Made by a program: the position numbers and the translations under genes. DNA of 63,923 bases, filler included, from an uncultured Gemmatimonadota bacterium (lineage in GTDB: Bacteria > GCA-2686955): NCBI GenBank assembly GCA_964490075.1. It is 3 parts of 3 records of this genome, joined end to end, with 100 filler letters (N's around TTAATTAATTAA, not from the genome) between each part and the next. Parts side by side here need not be neighbours in the genome. Positions count along the whole stretch, not along the records: positions 26,208 to 50,453 come from CAZBBK010000076.1; 2 more parts are not named here. The stretch is one strand, 5' to 3'. This document shows, one piece after another, positions 30,501 to 39,638 of this stretch. Numbering within the stretch: the stretch's first letter is position 1; each line of letters opens with the position of its first letter. The notes under the pieces were generated by a model that worked only from the letters and a program-made list of their open reading frames with translations, made no database searches and was not told the origin of the DNA.

Positions 30501-31948
30501 TCCGTGCGCGGGCTCTTGGTCTGGCGCTGCTCTGCCTGCTCGGCCGGCCGGCCGTGGCGGCGCGCCCCGCCGACTCCCCCGCGCCGCCCCCGCCCCGCGG
30601 TGTGCTGATCCTGGCGGTCGACACGATGCGTGCCGATCGGGTGGGTCCGCGCGCCGGACGTCCCTCGCTCACCCCCAACATCGACCGCCTGGCCTCCGGC
30701 GCCGTCGTCTTCGAGTCGCACTACGCGCCGGCCTCCTGGAGCCTGCCCTGCTACGCCAGCCTCTTGACCGGCGCCTGGCCCACCCGGCACGGCGTGCTGG
30801 ACCAGAACCAGAAGCTGCCCCAGCGTTTCTACACCCTCGCCGAGGTGCTTTCGGCCTACGGTTTCCGCGCCGCCGGTTTCGTCGGTGGGTCGCATCTGAC
30901 CGGGATCTTCGATCTGAAACAGGGTTTCGAGGTCTGGGCCGACCAGCCGAACTTCGGCTCCTTCTACCACTCCGTGCCGCGGGCGCTGGCCTGGCTCGAT
31001 CGGCTCCAACCGGACCAGAAATTTCTGTTGCTCGTTCAGGGCTACGACTGTCATACCCCGTACTACGTCCCACACGGCCTGGGCGAGCTCTTCGATCCCG
31101 ACTACTCCGGCGTGGTGCACGATCTCGATCTGCTGGACTTCACCCGGCTGCACCTGATCCGCGATCGTCGCTACTACCCCGGACGCAAGGTGCCGGTGTC
31201 GTCCGATCCGCGACACCAACCGATCGGAGGTGAATACGTTTCGCTCGATGACGCCGACATCGATCATATCCGCGCCCACTACGACGCCGCGGTCTGGTAC
31301 TCCGATCTCTGGATCGGCATCCTGCTCGACGAGCTGAAGCGCCGCGGCCTCTACGACGACACTCTGATTCTACTGCTCGGCGACCACGGCGAAGATCTGA
31401 TGGAGCACGGCTTCTTCTTCCATCGCAACGCCCTCTATCGACAGAATATCCACACCCCCCTGATCCTCAAGCTGGCCGGGGGACGCCACGCGGGGCGGCG
31501 CATCGCGGCGCCGGTGTCGACCGTCGATCTGTTGCCGACCTTGCTCGGGCTGCTCGGCGCGACCTCGCCCGCCGGCCAGGTCGACGGCCGCGATCTGGGC
31601 GCCTGGCTCGCCGCCGAGGAACCGGCCGAGGCGCGGCCGGTGTTCTCGATGCTGAGCGATCAGCGCTCGGTGGTCTGGGGCCGCTGGCACCTGCTGCGCC
31701 GCCTGGGCCAATCGCGTCGCTACGATCCCGAGATCGAGCTCTACGATTTGCTGAGCGATCCGGCCGAGGAGCACGATCTGGCGAGCGCGCGCCCCGACGT
31801 GGTGGCGCGCCTCTCGGCGGCGCTGCAGCGCTGGCAGGACGAACAGCCGCGCGCCCCGCGCGCCGAGACCGTCGATCTCGACGCCCGCCTGGAGAACGCA
31901 CTGCGGGCGGGCGGCTACTGGGAGCACCGGCGGGAGGATCCCCGGTGA
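30497..31948 (+). CDS. Sulfatase-like (alkaline phosphatase superfamily) hydrolase/transferase
   Basis: DTMRAD, TPNID.LA, ASWSLPCYASLLTG, GDHGE, ELYDL.SDP.E. Confidence 0.85.
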   Translation: MIRARALGLALLCLLGRPAVAARPADSPAPPPPRGVLILAVDTMRADRVGPRAGRPSLTPNIDRLASGAVVFESHYAPASWSLPCYASLLTGAWPTRHGVLDQNQKLPQRFYTLAEVLSAYGFRAAGFVGGSHLTGIFDLKQGFEVWADQPNFGSFYHSVPRALAWLDRLQPDQKFLLLVQGYDCHTPYYVPHGLGELFDPDYSGVVHDLDLLDFTRLHLIRDRRYYPGRKVPVSSDPRHQPIGGEYVSLDDADIDHIRAHYDAAVWYSDLWIGILLDELKRRGLYDDTLILLLGDHGEDLMEHGFFFHRNALYRQNIHTPLILKLAGGRHAGRRIAAPVSTVDLLPTLLGLLGATSPAGQVDGRDLGAWLAAEEPAEARPVFSMLSDQRSVVWGRWHLLRRLGQSRRYDPEIELYDLLSDPAEEHDLASARPDVVARLSAALQRWQDEQPRAPRAETVDLDARLENALRAGGYWEHRREDPR

Positions 31949-32319
31949 GATCGGCTTTCGCCCTGGTGCCGCTCGCAGTGACGCTGGCGGCCTGCGCCCC
32001 CGACTCGGCGCCACCTCCCGACCGCGGCACGCCCGCCGCGGCCCGATCCCCGTCCGCTCCATCCACACCCTTCCAGGCCGAGCTCTACCTGCGCAGCTTC
32101 GCCACCACCCTCGAGCTCGCCGGCGCGGCGCCGATCGACAGCACCCTGCTGGCCGCCGCGATCGCCGAGAACGACTACGAGGGAAGCGCCTTCCGGGCGG
32201 CTTTGGCGGCGCTGAATCGAAACCTCGGCGCGCTCGGGGAGCGGCCGATCGCCCGCCCTCTCCCCGAAGGTCTGGGAAGCGGCGGAGCCCCCCCGTCTCG
32301 GCCGCCGGAGACGCCCTGA
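31945..32319 (+). CDS. Hypothetical lipoprotein
   Basis: Lipobox LAAC. Translationally coupled within the operon. Confidence 0.6.
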   Translation: MRSAFALVPLAVTLAACAPDSAPPPDRGTPAAARSPSAPSTPFQAELYLRSFATTLELAGAAPIDSTLLAAAIAENDYEGSAFRAALAALNRNLGALGERPIARPLPEGLGSGGAPPSRPPETP

Positions 32320-32322
32320 GCG

Positions 32323-34020
32323 ATGCGCCCCGACCGCCGCGCCGCGGCTCTCGATCTGCTGCCGGTCGCCCTCTTCGGCGTCCACGCCGCACTCTTCCGC
32401 ACCCTGCTCATCGACGACGCCTACATCCTCTATCGCTATGCCGCCTCCTGGGCCACCGGCGGCGGCCCCTTCTTCAATCCGGGCGAGGCGGTGGAGGGCT
32501 ACTCGAGCCCGCTCTGGGTGATCCTCGCCGCGCTGCTGCACCGGATCGCGGGGCACGCCGCGCTGCCGCTGCTGATGAAGGGCGCCGGAGCCCTGGCCGG
32601 AGCGGTCACCGTGCTGCTGGCGGCCCGCCTGACCCGCACCCTCGCCGCGCGCGCGGGTTGGGAGCGCCCAGCCGCCGCCTGGGCCGGACTGCTGGCGGGA
32701 TGCGTGCTCGCCCTCAGCCCCGCCTTCGCGATGCACGCCATGAACGGCCTCGAGACCGCTCCCTACGCCGCCTGCCTGGTCCTGGCCGCGCTCCTGCACG
32801 TCCGCACCGGCGCCCTCCCCACGCGCCGCTGGTCCGCGGCCGCCTGGGCCCTCGCCGCCGCCTCCCTGCTGCGGCCGGAGGGAGTGGCGATCGCCGCTCT
32901 GCTCTGCCTGATCCAGGCCCTCGCGATCGCTCCCGATCGCCCCGCCGCCGCCTCCCGCTGGCGCCCCCTCGCCGACCTAGGTCCCGTGGCGGCCGTGCTG
33001 GCGCTGGTCGCCCTCCACCGCTGGCTGGTCTACGAGGGAGCCTGGCTGCCGAACACCTACCATGCCAAGATCGGCGGCTTCTGGGGCATCGGGCGCGGCC
33101 CCTACGTCGCCGCCGGCCTGCTGCCGCCCCTGCTCGGCATCCCCGGGATCGCCCTGGCGCTGGTCGGTCTGCTGCGTGCGCCCCGCCTCGCCCGCCGCGC
33201 CGCACCGGCCGTGGCCGCCGGTCTGGCGGGCGCTCTGCTGCCGCTGGTCCTCGGCTCCGACTGGATGCCGGGCGCCCGTCTGCTGGTCCCCTATCTGTCG
33301 CTCCTGGTGGTCGGCGCGGCCCTCGGCTGGCTGAGCTGCGCGCGCTGGGCGACCGCCCCCCTGCGCAGTCGCGGACTCGCGCGTTCCGTCGCCGCCGCCC
33401 TGGCGCTCACCGCCCTCGCCACCGCTGCCACCGCGGGCTTCAGCCAGCGCGCCGATCGCGCCTCCTGGCGCCACTACGCCGCGGTGCGCGCCCGCGGCTA
33501 CAGCGCCGGGCACGACGCTCTGGCGCACTGGCTCGGCGAGCACACCACCCCCGGCGACACCATCGCCTTGATGGACGTCGGCCTGGTCGGCTACCGCCGC
33601 ATGGATCTGAACATCGTCGACCTCGCCGGCCTGACCGACCGCGGCATCGGCCGCAGCCCCGGCGGGTCGCTCGGCAAACGCTACGATCCGGCCTATGTTC
33701 TGGACCGCGATCCGACCCACCTGATCCTGGTCTTCACCGCGCCGCGCCCGCGCCCCGACTTCGCGGTCCGCCGCGCCGAGCTGGCACCCGCCCTCGCCGA
33801 CCTCGAACCGCTGCTGCCGCACGCCCGCACCATATACCAGCATCCCGGCTTCCGCGCGCGCTACCTGGCCCCTCCCGCCGCCTCGCCACCCAGCGCCGAG
33901 CGCTCGATCGAGGCCCTGGCGGCCGGGCTCGGCGCCGCGCGGATCTTCGTCCACGACCATCCTTGGCGCCACTACCTGTTGGCGGTCTTCGAGCGCCAGT
34001 CGAAGGGCCAAGAACGATGA
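32323..34020 (+). CDS. Polytopic GT-C-fold glycosyltransferase-like membrane protein
   Basis: DDAYI.YRYA..W..G.G..FN.GE.VEGYSSPLW, GLET, RPEG, PNTY.AK, GSDWM...R, D..GL.D. Confidence 0.8.
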   Translation: MRPDRRAAALDLLPVALFGVHAALFRTLLIDDAYILYRYAASWATGGGPFFNPGEAVEGYSSPLWVILAALLHRIAGHAALPLLMKGAGALAGAVTVLLAARLTRTLAARAGWERPAAAWAGLLAGCVLALSPAFAMHAMNGLETAPYAACLVLAALLHVRTGALPTRRWSAAAWALAAASLLRPEGVAIAALLCLIQALAIAPDRPAAASRWRPLADLGPVAAVLALVALHRWLVYEGAWLPNTYHAKIGGFWGIGRGPYVAAGLLPPLLGIPGIALALVGLLRAPRLARRAAPAVAAGLAGALLPLVLGSDWMPGARLLVPYLSLLVVGAALGWLSCARWATAPLRSRGLARSVAAALALTALATAATAGFSQRADRASWRHYAAVRARGYSAGHDALAHWLGEHTTPGDTIALMDVGLVGYRRMDLNIVDLAGLTDRGIGRSPGGSLGKRYDPAYVLDRDPTHLILVFTAPRPRPDFAVRRAELAPALADLEPLLPHARTIYQHPGFRARYLAPPAASPPSAERSIEALAAGLGAARIFVHDHPWRHYLLAVFERQSKGQER

Positions 34021-35003
34021 GAGCGATGCTCCTCGAGCGCCTGGGCGACCCACTGCGCCCCGCCGAGATCCCGACTCCCGAACCCTCCCCCGACCAGGTC
34101 CGCATCCGGGTCCGCGCCTGCGCCGTCTGCCGCACCGATCTGCACATCGTCGACGGCGACCTGAGCGAGCCCAGGCTGCCCCTGGTGCCGGGCCACGAGA
34201 TCGTCGGCGAGATCGACGCCCTCGGTGCCAACGCCACCGGTCTCGCGCTCGGCCAGCGCATCGGCATCCCCTGGCTGGGCGGCACCTGCGGCGGCTGCGA
34301 GCCCTGCCGCGAGGGGCGCGAGAATCTCTGTGACCGGGCCCTCTTCACCGGCTACCAGGTCGACGGCGGCTTCGCCGAGCAGGCTCTCGTCGACCATCGC
34401 TACGCCTTCCCGATCCCCGAGTCCTACTCGGATATCGAGGCCGCGCCGCTGCTCTGCGCCGGACTGATCGGCTACCGCGCCTACTCCATGGCCGGGAACG
34501 GTCCCCGCCTCGGCCTCTACGGCTTCGGGGCGGCGGCCCATATCATCGCCCAGGTGGCCGTCTTCGAAGGCCGCGAGGTCTACGCCTTCACCCGCCCGGG
34601 CGATTCCGAGGGCCAGCGTTTCGCTCGCTCGCTGGGGGCGGTCTGGGCCGGAGGATCGGATTCCGGGCCGGACTCGGATCTCGACGCCGCAATCATCTTC
34701 GCCCCAGTCGGCTCCCTCGTCCCCGCGGCGCTGGCGGCGGTGCGCGAGGGAGGCAAAGTGATCTGCGCCGGGATCCACATGAGCGACATCCCCGCTTTCC
34801 CGTACCGGCTTCTCTGGGGCGAGCGAACCTTGCGCTCGGTCGCCAACCTCACCCGCCGCGACGGCGAGGCGCTGCTCGACCTGGCGGCGCGCGTCCCGGT
34901 GCGCACCGAGGTCCAGACCTTCGCGCTCGAAGAGGCCAACGAGGCGCTCGAAGCGCTGCGCGCGGGGCGGGTGCGGGGGGCGGCGGTGCTGGTCGTCGGC
35001 TGA
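34017..35003 (+). CDS. Zinc-dependent alcohol dehydrogenase family protein
   Basis: VCRTDLH, GHE, CGGC..C.......C, LCAGLIGYR, YGFGAAAH. Confidence 0.93.
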   Translation: MRAMLLERLGDPLRPAEIPTPEPSPDQVRIRVRACAVCRTDLHIVDGDLSEPRLPLVPGHEIVGEIDALGANATGLALGQRIGIPWLGGTCGGCEPCREGRENLCDRALFTGYQVDGGFAEQALVDHRYAFPIPESYSDIEAAPLLCAGLIGYRAYSMAGNGPRLGLYGFGAAAHIIAQVAVFEGREVYAFTRPGDSEGQRFARSLGAVWAGGSDSGPDSDLDAAIIFAPVGSLVPAALAAVREGGKVICAGIHMSDIPAFPYRLLWGERTLRSVANLTRRDGEALLDLAARVPVRTEVQTFALEEANEALEALRAGRVRGAAVLVVG

Positions 35004-35214
35004 GGCCGATGCGAACCATCAAGTTGTACTGAATTGATAGCTCGGGCTTGATGGCGAGCTTCCCGACCAACATCTTCAGTCACTATCATTTCACCATCAA
35101 CTGGTAGTTTCCGGAGCCACCAGAGAATCCCGGCGACTCCCCCGGCGGTGGATGAGCTGCTGCACGAGCTCGTGGGTCGCGGCCCGGAGGCGGCGGCCAC
35201 TCTCGATCGGATCT

Positions 35215-35273
35215 TGAACCGAGAGCGTGCCTTCGCACCGGCTGGCCAGCATGTACACACAAGGCTGTCTCAT
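35215..35273 (-). pseudogene. N-terminal remnant of a GIY-YIG nuclease
   Basis: MRQPCVYMLASRCEGTL matches the typical VY.LAS..NGTLY start of small GIY-YIG proteins, then breaks off. Confidence 0.55.
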
Positions 35274-35292
35274 CGGTCGCCGGCCCGATCCT

Positions 35293-36060
35293 CTACCTCG
35301 GCTGCATCCTGAGCGCCCCATCGATCCGCACGCACTCGCCATTCAGGTAGGGATTGTCGACCATCGACTCCACCAGCGCCGCGAAGTGCTCGGGATCGCC
35401 CAGGATCTGCGGATGCGGCACTCCCGCGGCCAGCGCCGCGCGGATCTTCTCCGGCACCAGCGCCAGCATCGGGGTGTCGAAGATGCCCGGCGCGATCGCC
35501 AGCACCCGGATCCCGAGCTGGGCCAGGTCGCGTGCGGCCGGCAGGGTCATCGCCACGATGCCGCCTTTCGACGCGGCGTAGGCGATCTGGCCGATCTGCC
35601 CCTCGAAGGCCGCCACCGAGGCGGTGTTGATGATCACCCCGCGCGCGCCGTGCTCCACGGGTTCGGTCGCCGCCATCGCCGCCGCCGCCAGGCGCAGCAC
35701 GTTGAACGAACCGACCAGATTGATGTCGACCGTCTTGCGGAACATGCCCAGATCGTGGGGCGTGCCGTCGCGGCTCAGGATGCGTCCGGCGGTCCCGACT
35801 CCGGCGCAGCTCACCGCCACCCGCAGGGGTCCGAGCTCGGAGGCTGCCGTCACGGCCTTCGCGACCTCGTCCTCGTCCCTCACGTCGGCCGTCATGAAGC
35901 GCGCGCCCGCGCCCAGCTCGTCGGCCAGCGCCGCGCCCTTCTCTGCGTCCCGATCGAGCAGGAGCACCTTCGCTCCTCGTGCCGCCAATCGCCGCGCCGT
36001 CGCCTCACCGAGCCCCGATGCCGCTCCGCTCACCAGGGCCGCTGCTTCTATCAGTTCCAT
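35293..36060 (-). CDS. SDR 3-hydroxyacyl-CoA dehydrogenase type II (HSD10-like)
   Basis: SGAASGLG, INTASVAAFEGQIGQ.AYAASKGG, RIDGALRM. Confidence 0.93.
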   Translation of the reverse strand: MELIEAAALVSGAASGLGEATARRLAARGAKVLLLDRDAEKGAALADELGAGARFMTADVRDEDEVAKAVTAASELGPLRVAVSCAGVGTAGRILSRDGTPHDLGMFRKTVDINLVGSFNVLRLAAAAMAATEPVEHGARGVIINTASVAAFEGQIGQIAYAASKGGIVAMTLPAARDLAQLGIRVLAIAPGIFDTPMLALVPEKIRAALAAGVPHPQILGDPEHFAALVESMVDNPYLNGECVRIDGALRMQPR

Positions 36061-36187
36061 CTCTGTCTCTCCCGGGCGCGCGCCGCTCCCGAAGCCCGCG
36101 CCAGGTCTCGATTCTACGTCCAACGGTCTTCCCGAGGTGGCGTCGCCGTGCAACACTGCGCCCGCCCGAGCAGAGGAGATCCGCGCC

Positions 36188-37162
36188 ATGAGCTCGATTC
36201 GTTACGTCGCCCCCCTGGACCGTGCGCTGCAACACATGCGCACCATGCTCTTTCGGCCCTTCGCCGCCAAGAAATGGCTGGTGATCGCCTTCGCCGCGTG
36301 GCTCGCCGATCTCGGCAGCGGCGGCGGCGGCGGTCCCTCTTCGACCTTCGATGCGAGCGACGCGGTGCGCAAGAGCTGGGGGGCGGCGGATGCGGGCCTC
36401 CTGCCGCCGGGCCTGTCCGGACCCTTCTCGGAGTGGAGCTCGTCGTCGGCCTTCTTCGGGCTCTCGGTCCTGGCCCTGGGGCTGGTGGTGATCGGCGCCG
36501 TGCTGCTGGCCCTCCTGGTCTTGTGGATCAGCGCGCGCGGCAAGTTCATCTTCCTCGACTGCGTGATCCACGACCGCGCCGCCATCAAGGCGCCCTGGAG
36601 CCGCTACCGGCAGCAGGGCAACTCGCTCTTCCTGTGGAACCTGGCGTGGATCACGGCGGGGATGCTGGCGGTCAGCGCGGTGGCCGCGGCGGTGATGCTC
36701 GGTGGCCTGCTCTCGGGCCTGCTGAGCGGGTTCGAGCCCGGAGTCGCTCCGATCATCGGTCTGGTGCTGGCGGCCGCCCTGCCCGTGATCCCGCTCCTCT
36801 ATCTCTTCCTGTGGATCGAGAGCTTCGTGGTCCCGATCATGTACCGCCGCGAGATCGCCATTCTGGAGGCCCTGAAGGAGTTCTGGGGACTGCTCTCGGC
36901 GCGTCCCGCGCCCTTTGTCCTCTACGGCCTCTTCTATCTCCTGATGCTGCTCTGCGTGTTCTTCGTGGTGATCGCATTGGTGGTGCTGACCTGCGGAGTC
37001 GGGGCTCTGCTGCTCATCATTCCCTACGTGGGGGCGGTGGTGATGCTGCCGATCAGCATCACTTTGCGCGCCTACTCTCTGGCCTGGCTGGAGCAGATCG
37101 ATCCGCGCTATGGGTTGAGCGTCGAGCCTGGAGCTCCGCCCCAGTTCCCTGACCCCGCGTAG
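36188..37162 (+). CDS. Uncharacterised integral membrane protein
   Basis: Several TM segments, LF.PF...KW, FVVPIMY motif. Confidence 0.75.
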   Translation: MSSIRYVAPLDRALQHMRTMLFRPFAAKKWLVIAFAAWLADLGSGGGGGPSSTFDASDAVRKSWGAADAGLLPPGLSGPFSEWSSSSAFFGLSVLALGLVVIGAVLLALLVLWISARGKFIFLDCVIHDRAAIKAPWSRYRQQGNSLFLWNLAWITAGMLAVSAVAAAVMLGGLLSGLLSGFEPGVAPIIGLVLAAALPVIPLLYLFLWIESFVVPIMYRREIAILEALKEFWGLLSARPAPFVLYGLFYLLMLLCVFFVVIALVVLTCGVGALLLIIPYVGAVVMLPISITLRAYSLAWLEQIDPRYGLSVEPGAPPQFPDPA

Positions 37163-37506
37163 CGACCGAATGTGGCCGCTCACTACCCGCCCGCGGCGGG
37201 GGGATGGACGCGGAGCTCCTGATCGCGACTTGACCATCGCACTCCGATGAACCGAGCTCACAAGGTGAGGGGACGAACGAGCTGCGCGGAGTGCGGGCAA
37301 TGACACGCAACCTGTTGACACAGTGTGATATGACCGGGCCCAAAAGGTCCCCAGGCCCCCAGGCCCCGCTGACGCTCCACGGCTGCCCCTCGGTTCCAGA
37401 ACCCCACCGATTCCCAAGGCCCCACGTGCCCCCAAACCGGCGCTGGAGCGATGTCGCGAGCACCTGTCCTCGCAACGGAGAATTGACCGCGCAGGTGGAG
37501 AATCGC

Positions 37507-38441
37507 ATGGAGGCGTCGAACACCCGCGGGGAGCATGATCTCAACCGAATCTTCTCTGGGCTTCTCGCGGCCATCGCCATCGCCGTGGCGGTCTTCCCCG
37601 GTGACGCGAGAGTACTGCGTGTCCCGGGGGATCATCCGACGATCGGCGCGACGCTGGAAGCGGCGGAGGACGGTGACCTTGTGCGGGTGTGGCCCGGTAC
37701 GTACGTCGAAGACCGGCTCTCTTTCGGTGGCAAGAATATTGTTGTCGCGGGACTCGATCATCTCGATCCGAAGGTGGTGACCGCGACCGTCATCACGGCG
37801 GATACTTCATTGCACGACCGAAACGTCGTATTCGAGAATGGAGAGGACTCCACCGCGGCCTTGGTCGGTATCAGCATCAGAGTGCCGACAACCGAGGACG
37901 ACTGGCCCTACTACCTCGGTGGCGTCCGCTGCGTGGACAGCTCCCCCACCATCGCTTACTGTCGAATCAGCAGATCTCTTGCGGCGGGCCTGTTGTGATC
38001 ACGGACAATTGTGGCGTATGCGGGGGCGACTCCACGCGCGGTAGCGACAATGCGCTCGCGATGCGCTTCGACCAGGCAGTGGTGGAAAATTGCGTCGTTC
38101 TGGGAGAGAAGACGCTGGTGAGAACCAAGGAGAGCAACGGGCGAATCGAGTGCTCGCTGGTGCAGCGTGGATGGCCCGGCGTGGGAAATATCGACACCCT
38201 TCCCGGGTTCGTGAGCGTCGGTGACCATCCCTATGCTCTTCGGAAGTCGTCTGCCTGTATCGATGCGGGCAACCCAATGTTGCGCGACGGCCTCGGGTGG
38301 CCCCGCCGCTACGGCAATGAGGAACGGTCCGACATGGGAATCTACAGCGGGCCCTGCAACGGACTTTGGGCGAATCGGGCGGATCGCGACTGCCAGAGGA
38401 TCAGCGCGGTCCTGAAGCGGTTGGAGGCGCTCAGGGAGTAG
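37507..38441 (+). pseudogene. Frameshifted/deleted secreted parallel beta-helix protein
   Basis: RVPGDHPTI..A....GD.V.V.PGTY.E, stop at 37998, then another frame with S.CIDAG.P and RSDMG.Y.GP, typical of such proteins. Confidence 0.65.
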
Positions 38442-38639
38442 AGGTGCCGCCTCACCTTGGCCTCTTGAGGAGTGCCGCGATCTCTCGCGCAGCAGTGGGC
38501 AAAGAACCGAGATGGCCCGGGGCGGGTTCCCTCGATGTGGGCTCGCCTGAGTAGCGGCGCATGGCGGCCCCGCCAGCGAGCACTTCATCGGCCAACTGAC
38601 GGAGTTCCTGGGTGAGCCCCACGTCGCGGTGCTGCCATC

Positions 38640-38893
38640 GGGGCCGGATCGGCAGAGGCAGCGAACCGGGAACGTCGTTCGCCACGATTGGGTCCTCGTT
38701 GACAGCGCTGGCGGGTTTGACCATCACAGGCGGAAGAACGCGCCGCGCGGCGCGGACATCGACATCGCGGCACCCAGGCCGCCGGCCTCGCGGCACCCAG
38801 GCCGCCGGCGTCGCGGCACCATCAGGGGTCTATCTGGTTCGGCTCGAGGTGCGAGAGAGCTCTTCGTTGCGGCGTGTCGTGTTGCTGAAATAG
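38640..38893 (+). pseudogene. Fragment of a secreted protein ending in a FlgD/T9SS-like CTD, with a 23-bp tandem repeat (38765-38820)
   Basis: L.GLTITGG and SGVYLVRLE....RRVVLLK (same ending as the M28 protein). TCGCGGCACCCAGGCCGCCGGC x2.4. Confidence 0.5.
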
Positions 38894-39100
38894 TCGGGCG
38901 GATTCCCCGGCGGAACGCGATCTTGCTCCGCCCATCGCGGCGACTTGGTAGACGCGGAGATCCTGGTCTCGATCCTCGAACGTAGCGGCCACCCCCCAAT
39001 CCGCGTTATGCTCTCCATACTTGGTGCGGTATCGCAACACCGCACCCGGGGGGTGCGGAATCGACTATGTGGCCGCGGGCGGCGCGCGGGCGGACACGCG

Positions 39101-39610
39101 ATGTCGAGTCCCGAATCGGGCCATCCCCATGGAGATACCGTGAACGAAACAGAGGCAATCCGGCAAGCACCCGAGCTCAAAGGCTCGGCGACCCACGAGC
39201 GGCTGAGGCGCGCCTTCGACATCGCCTCGCGTTCCGTGCAGCGCCTGCTCTATCTCGCCAACATGGCCGACATCGAGGGCCGCTCCCACGCTGCTTCCGC
39301 CTTGCGCGAGCTGGCCCAGGGCGAGGCGGTGAACGCCCAGGGACACCTCGATCTGCTGCGACGGGTTGGAGATCCGGTGACCGGCCTGCCGATCGGAGAG
39401 ACCAGACAGAATCTCGACGCCCTGAGGGTGTCGGAGCTCGACGAGGCCGAAACCACCTACCCGAACATGGCGCGCACCGCCCGTGCCGAGGGCTTCCTCG
39501 ACATCGCCGACTGGTTCGACACCTTGGCGAAGGCCAAACGGGACTTCGCCGCACGCCTCGACGACCTGTCTTCTCCGCAGGATGCACCCGTCGCCGGCGA
39601 TTCCGCCTGA
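39101..39610 (+). CDS. Rubrerythrin-like (short ferritin-fold) protein with degenerate diiron ligands
   Basis: LKGS.T...L..AF, AD.EG, GHL, GDP.TGLPIG.T..NL, YP.MA.TAR.EGF.DIADWF.TLAKA. Alternative GTG start at 39140. Confidence 0.8.
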   Translation: MSSPESGHPHGDTVNETEAIRQAPELKGSATHERLRRAFDIASRSVQRLLYLANMADIEGRSHAASALRELAQGEAVNAQGHLDLLRRVGDPVTGLPIGETRQNLDALRVSELDEAETTYPNMARTARAEGFLDIADWFDTLAKAKRDFAARLDDLSSPQDAPVAGDSA

Positions 39611-39638
39611 GCCACCCACGCCGCGCCTCGAAATAGCC

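Noticed and set aside
38765-38820. 23-bp direct repeat as a mini-CRISPR or att site
   Set aside because: Units are contiguous with no spacers; a simple slippage duplication inside a pseudogene.
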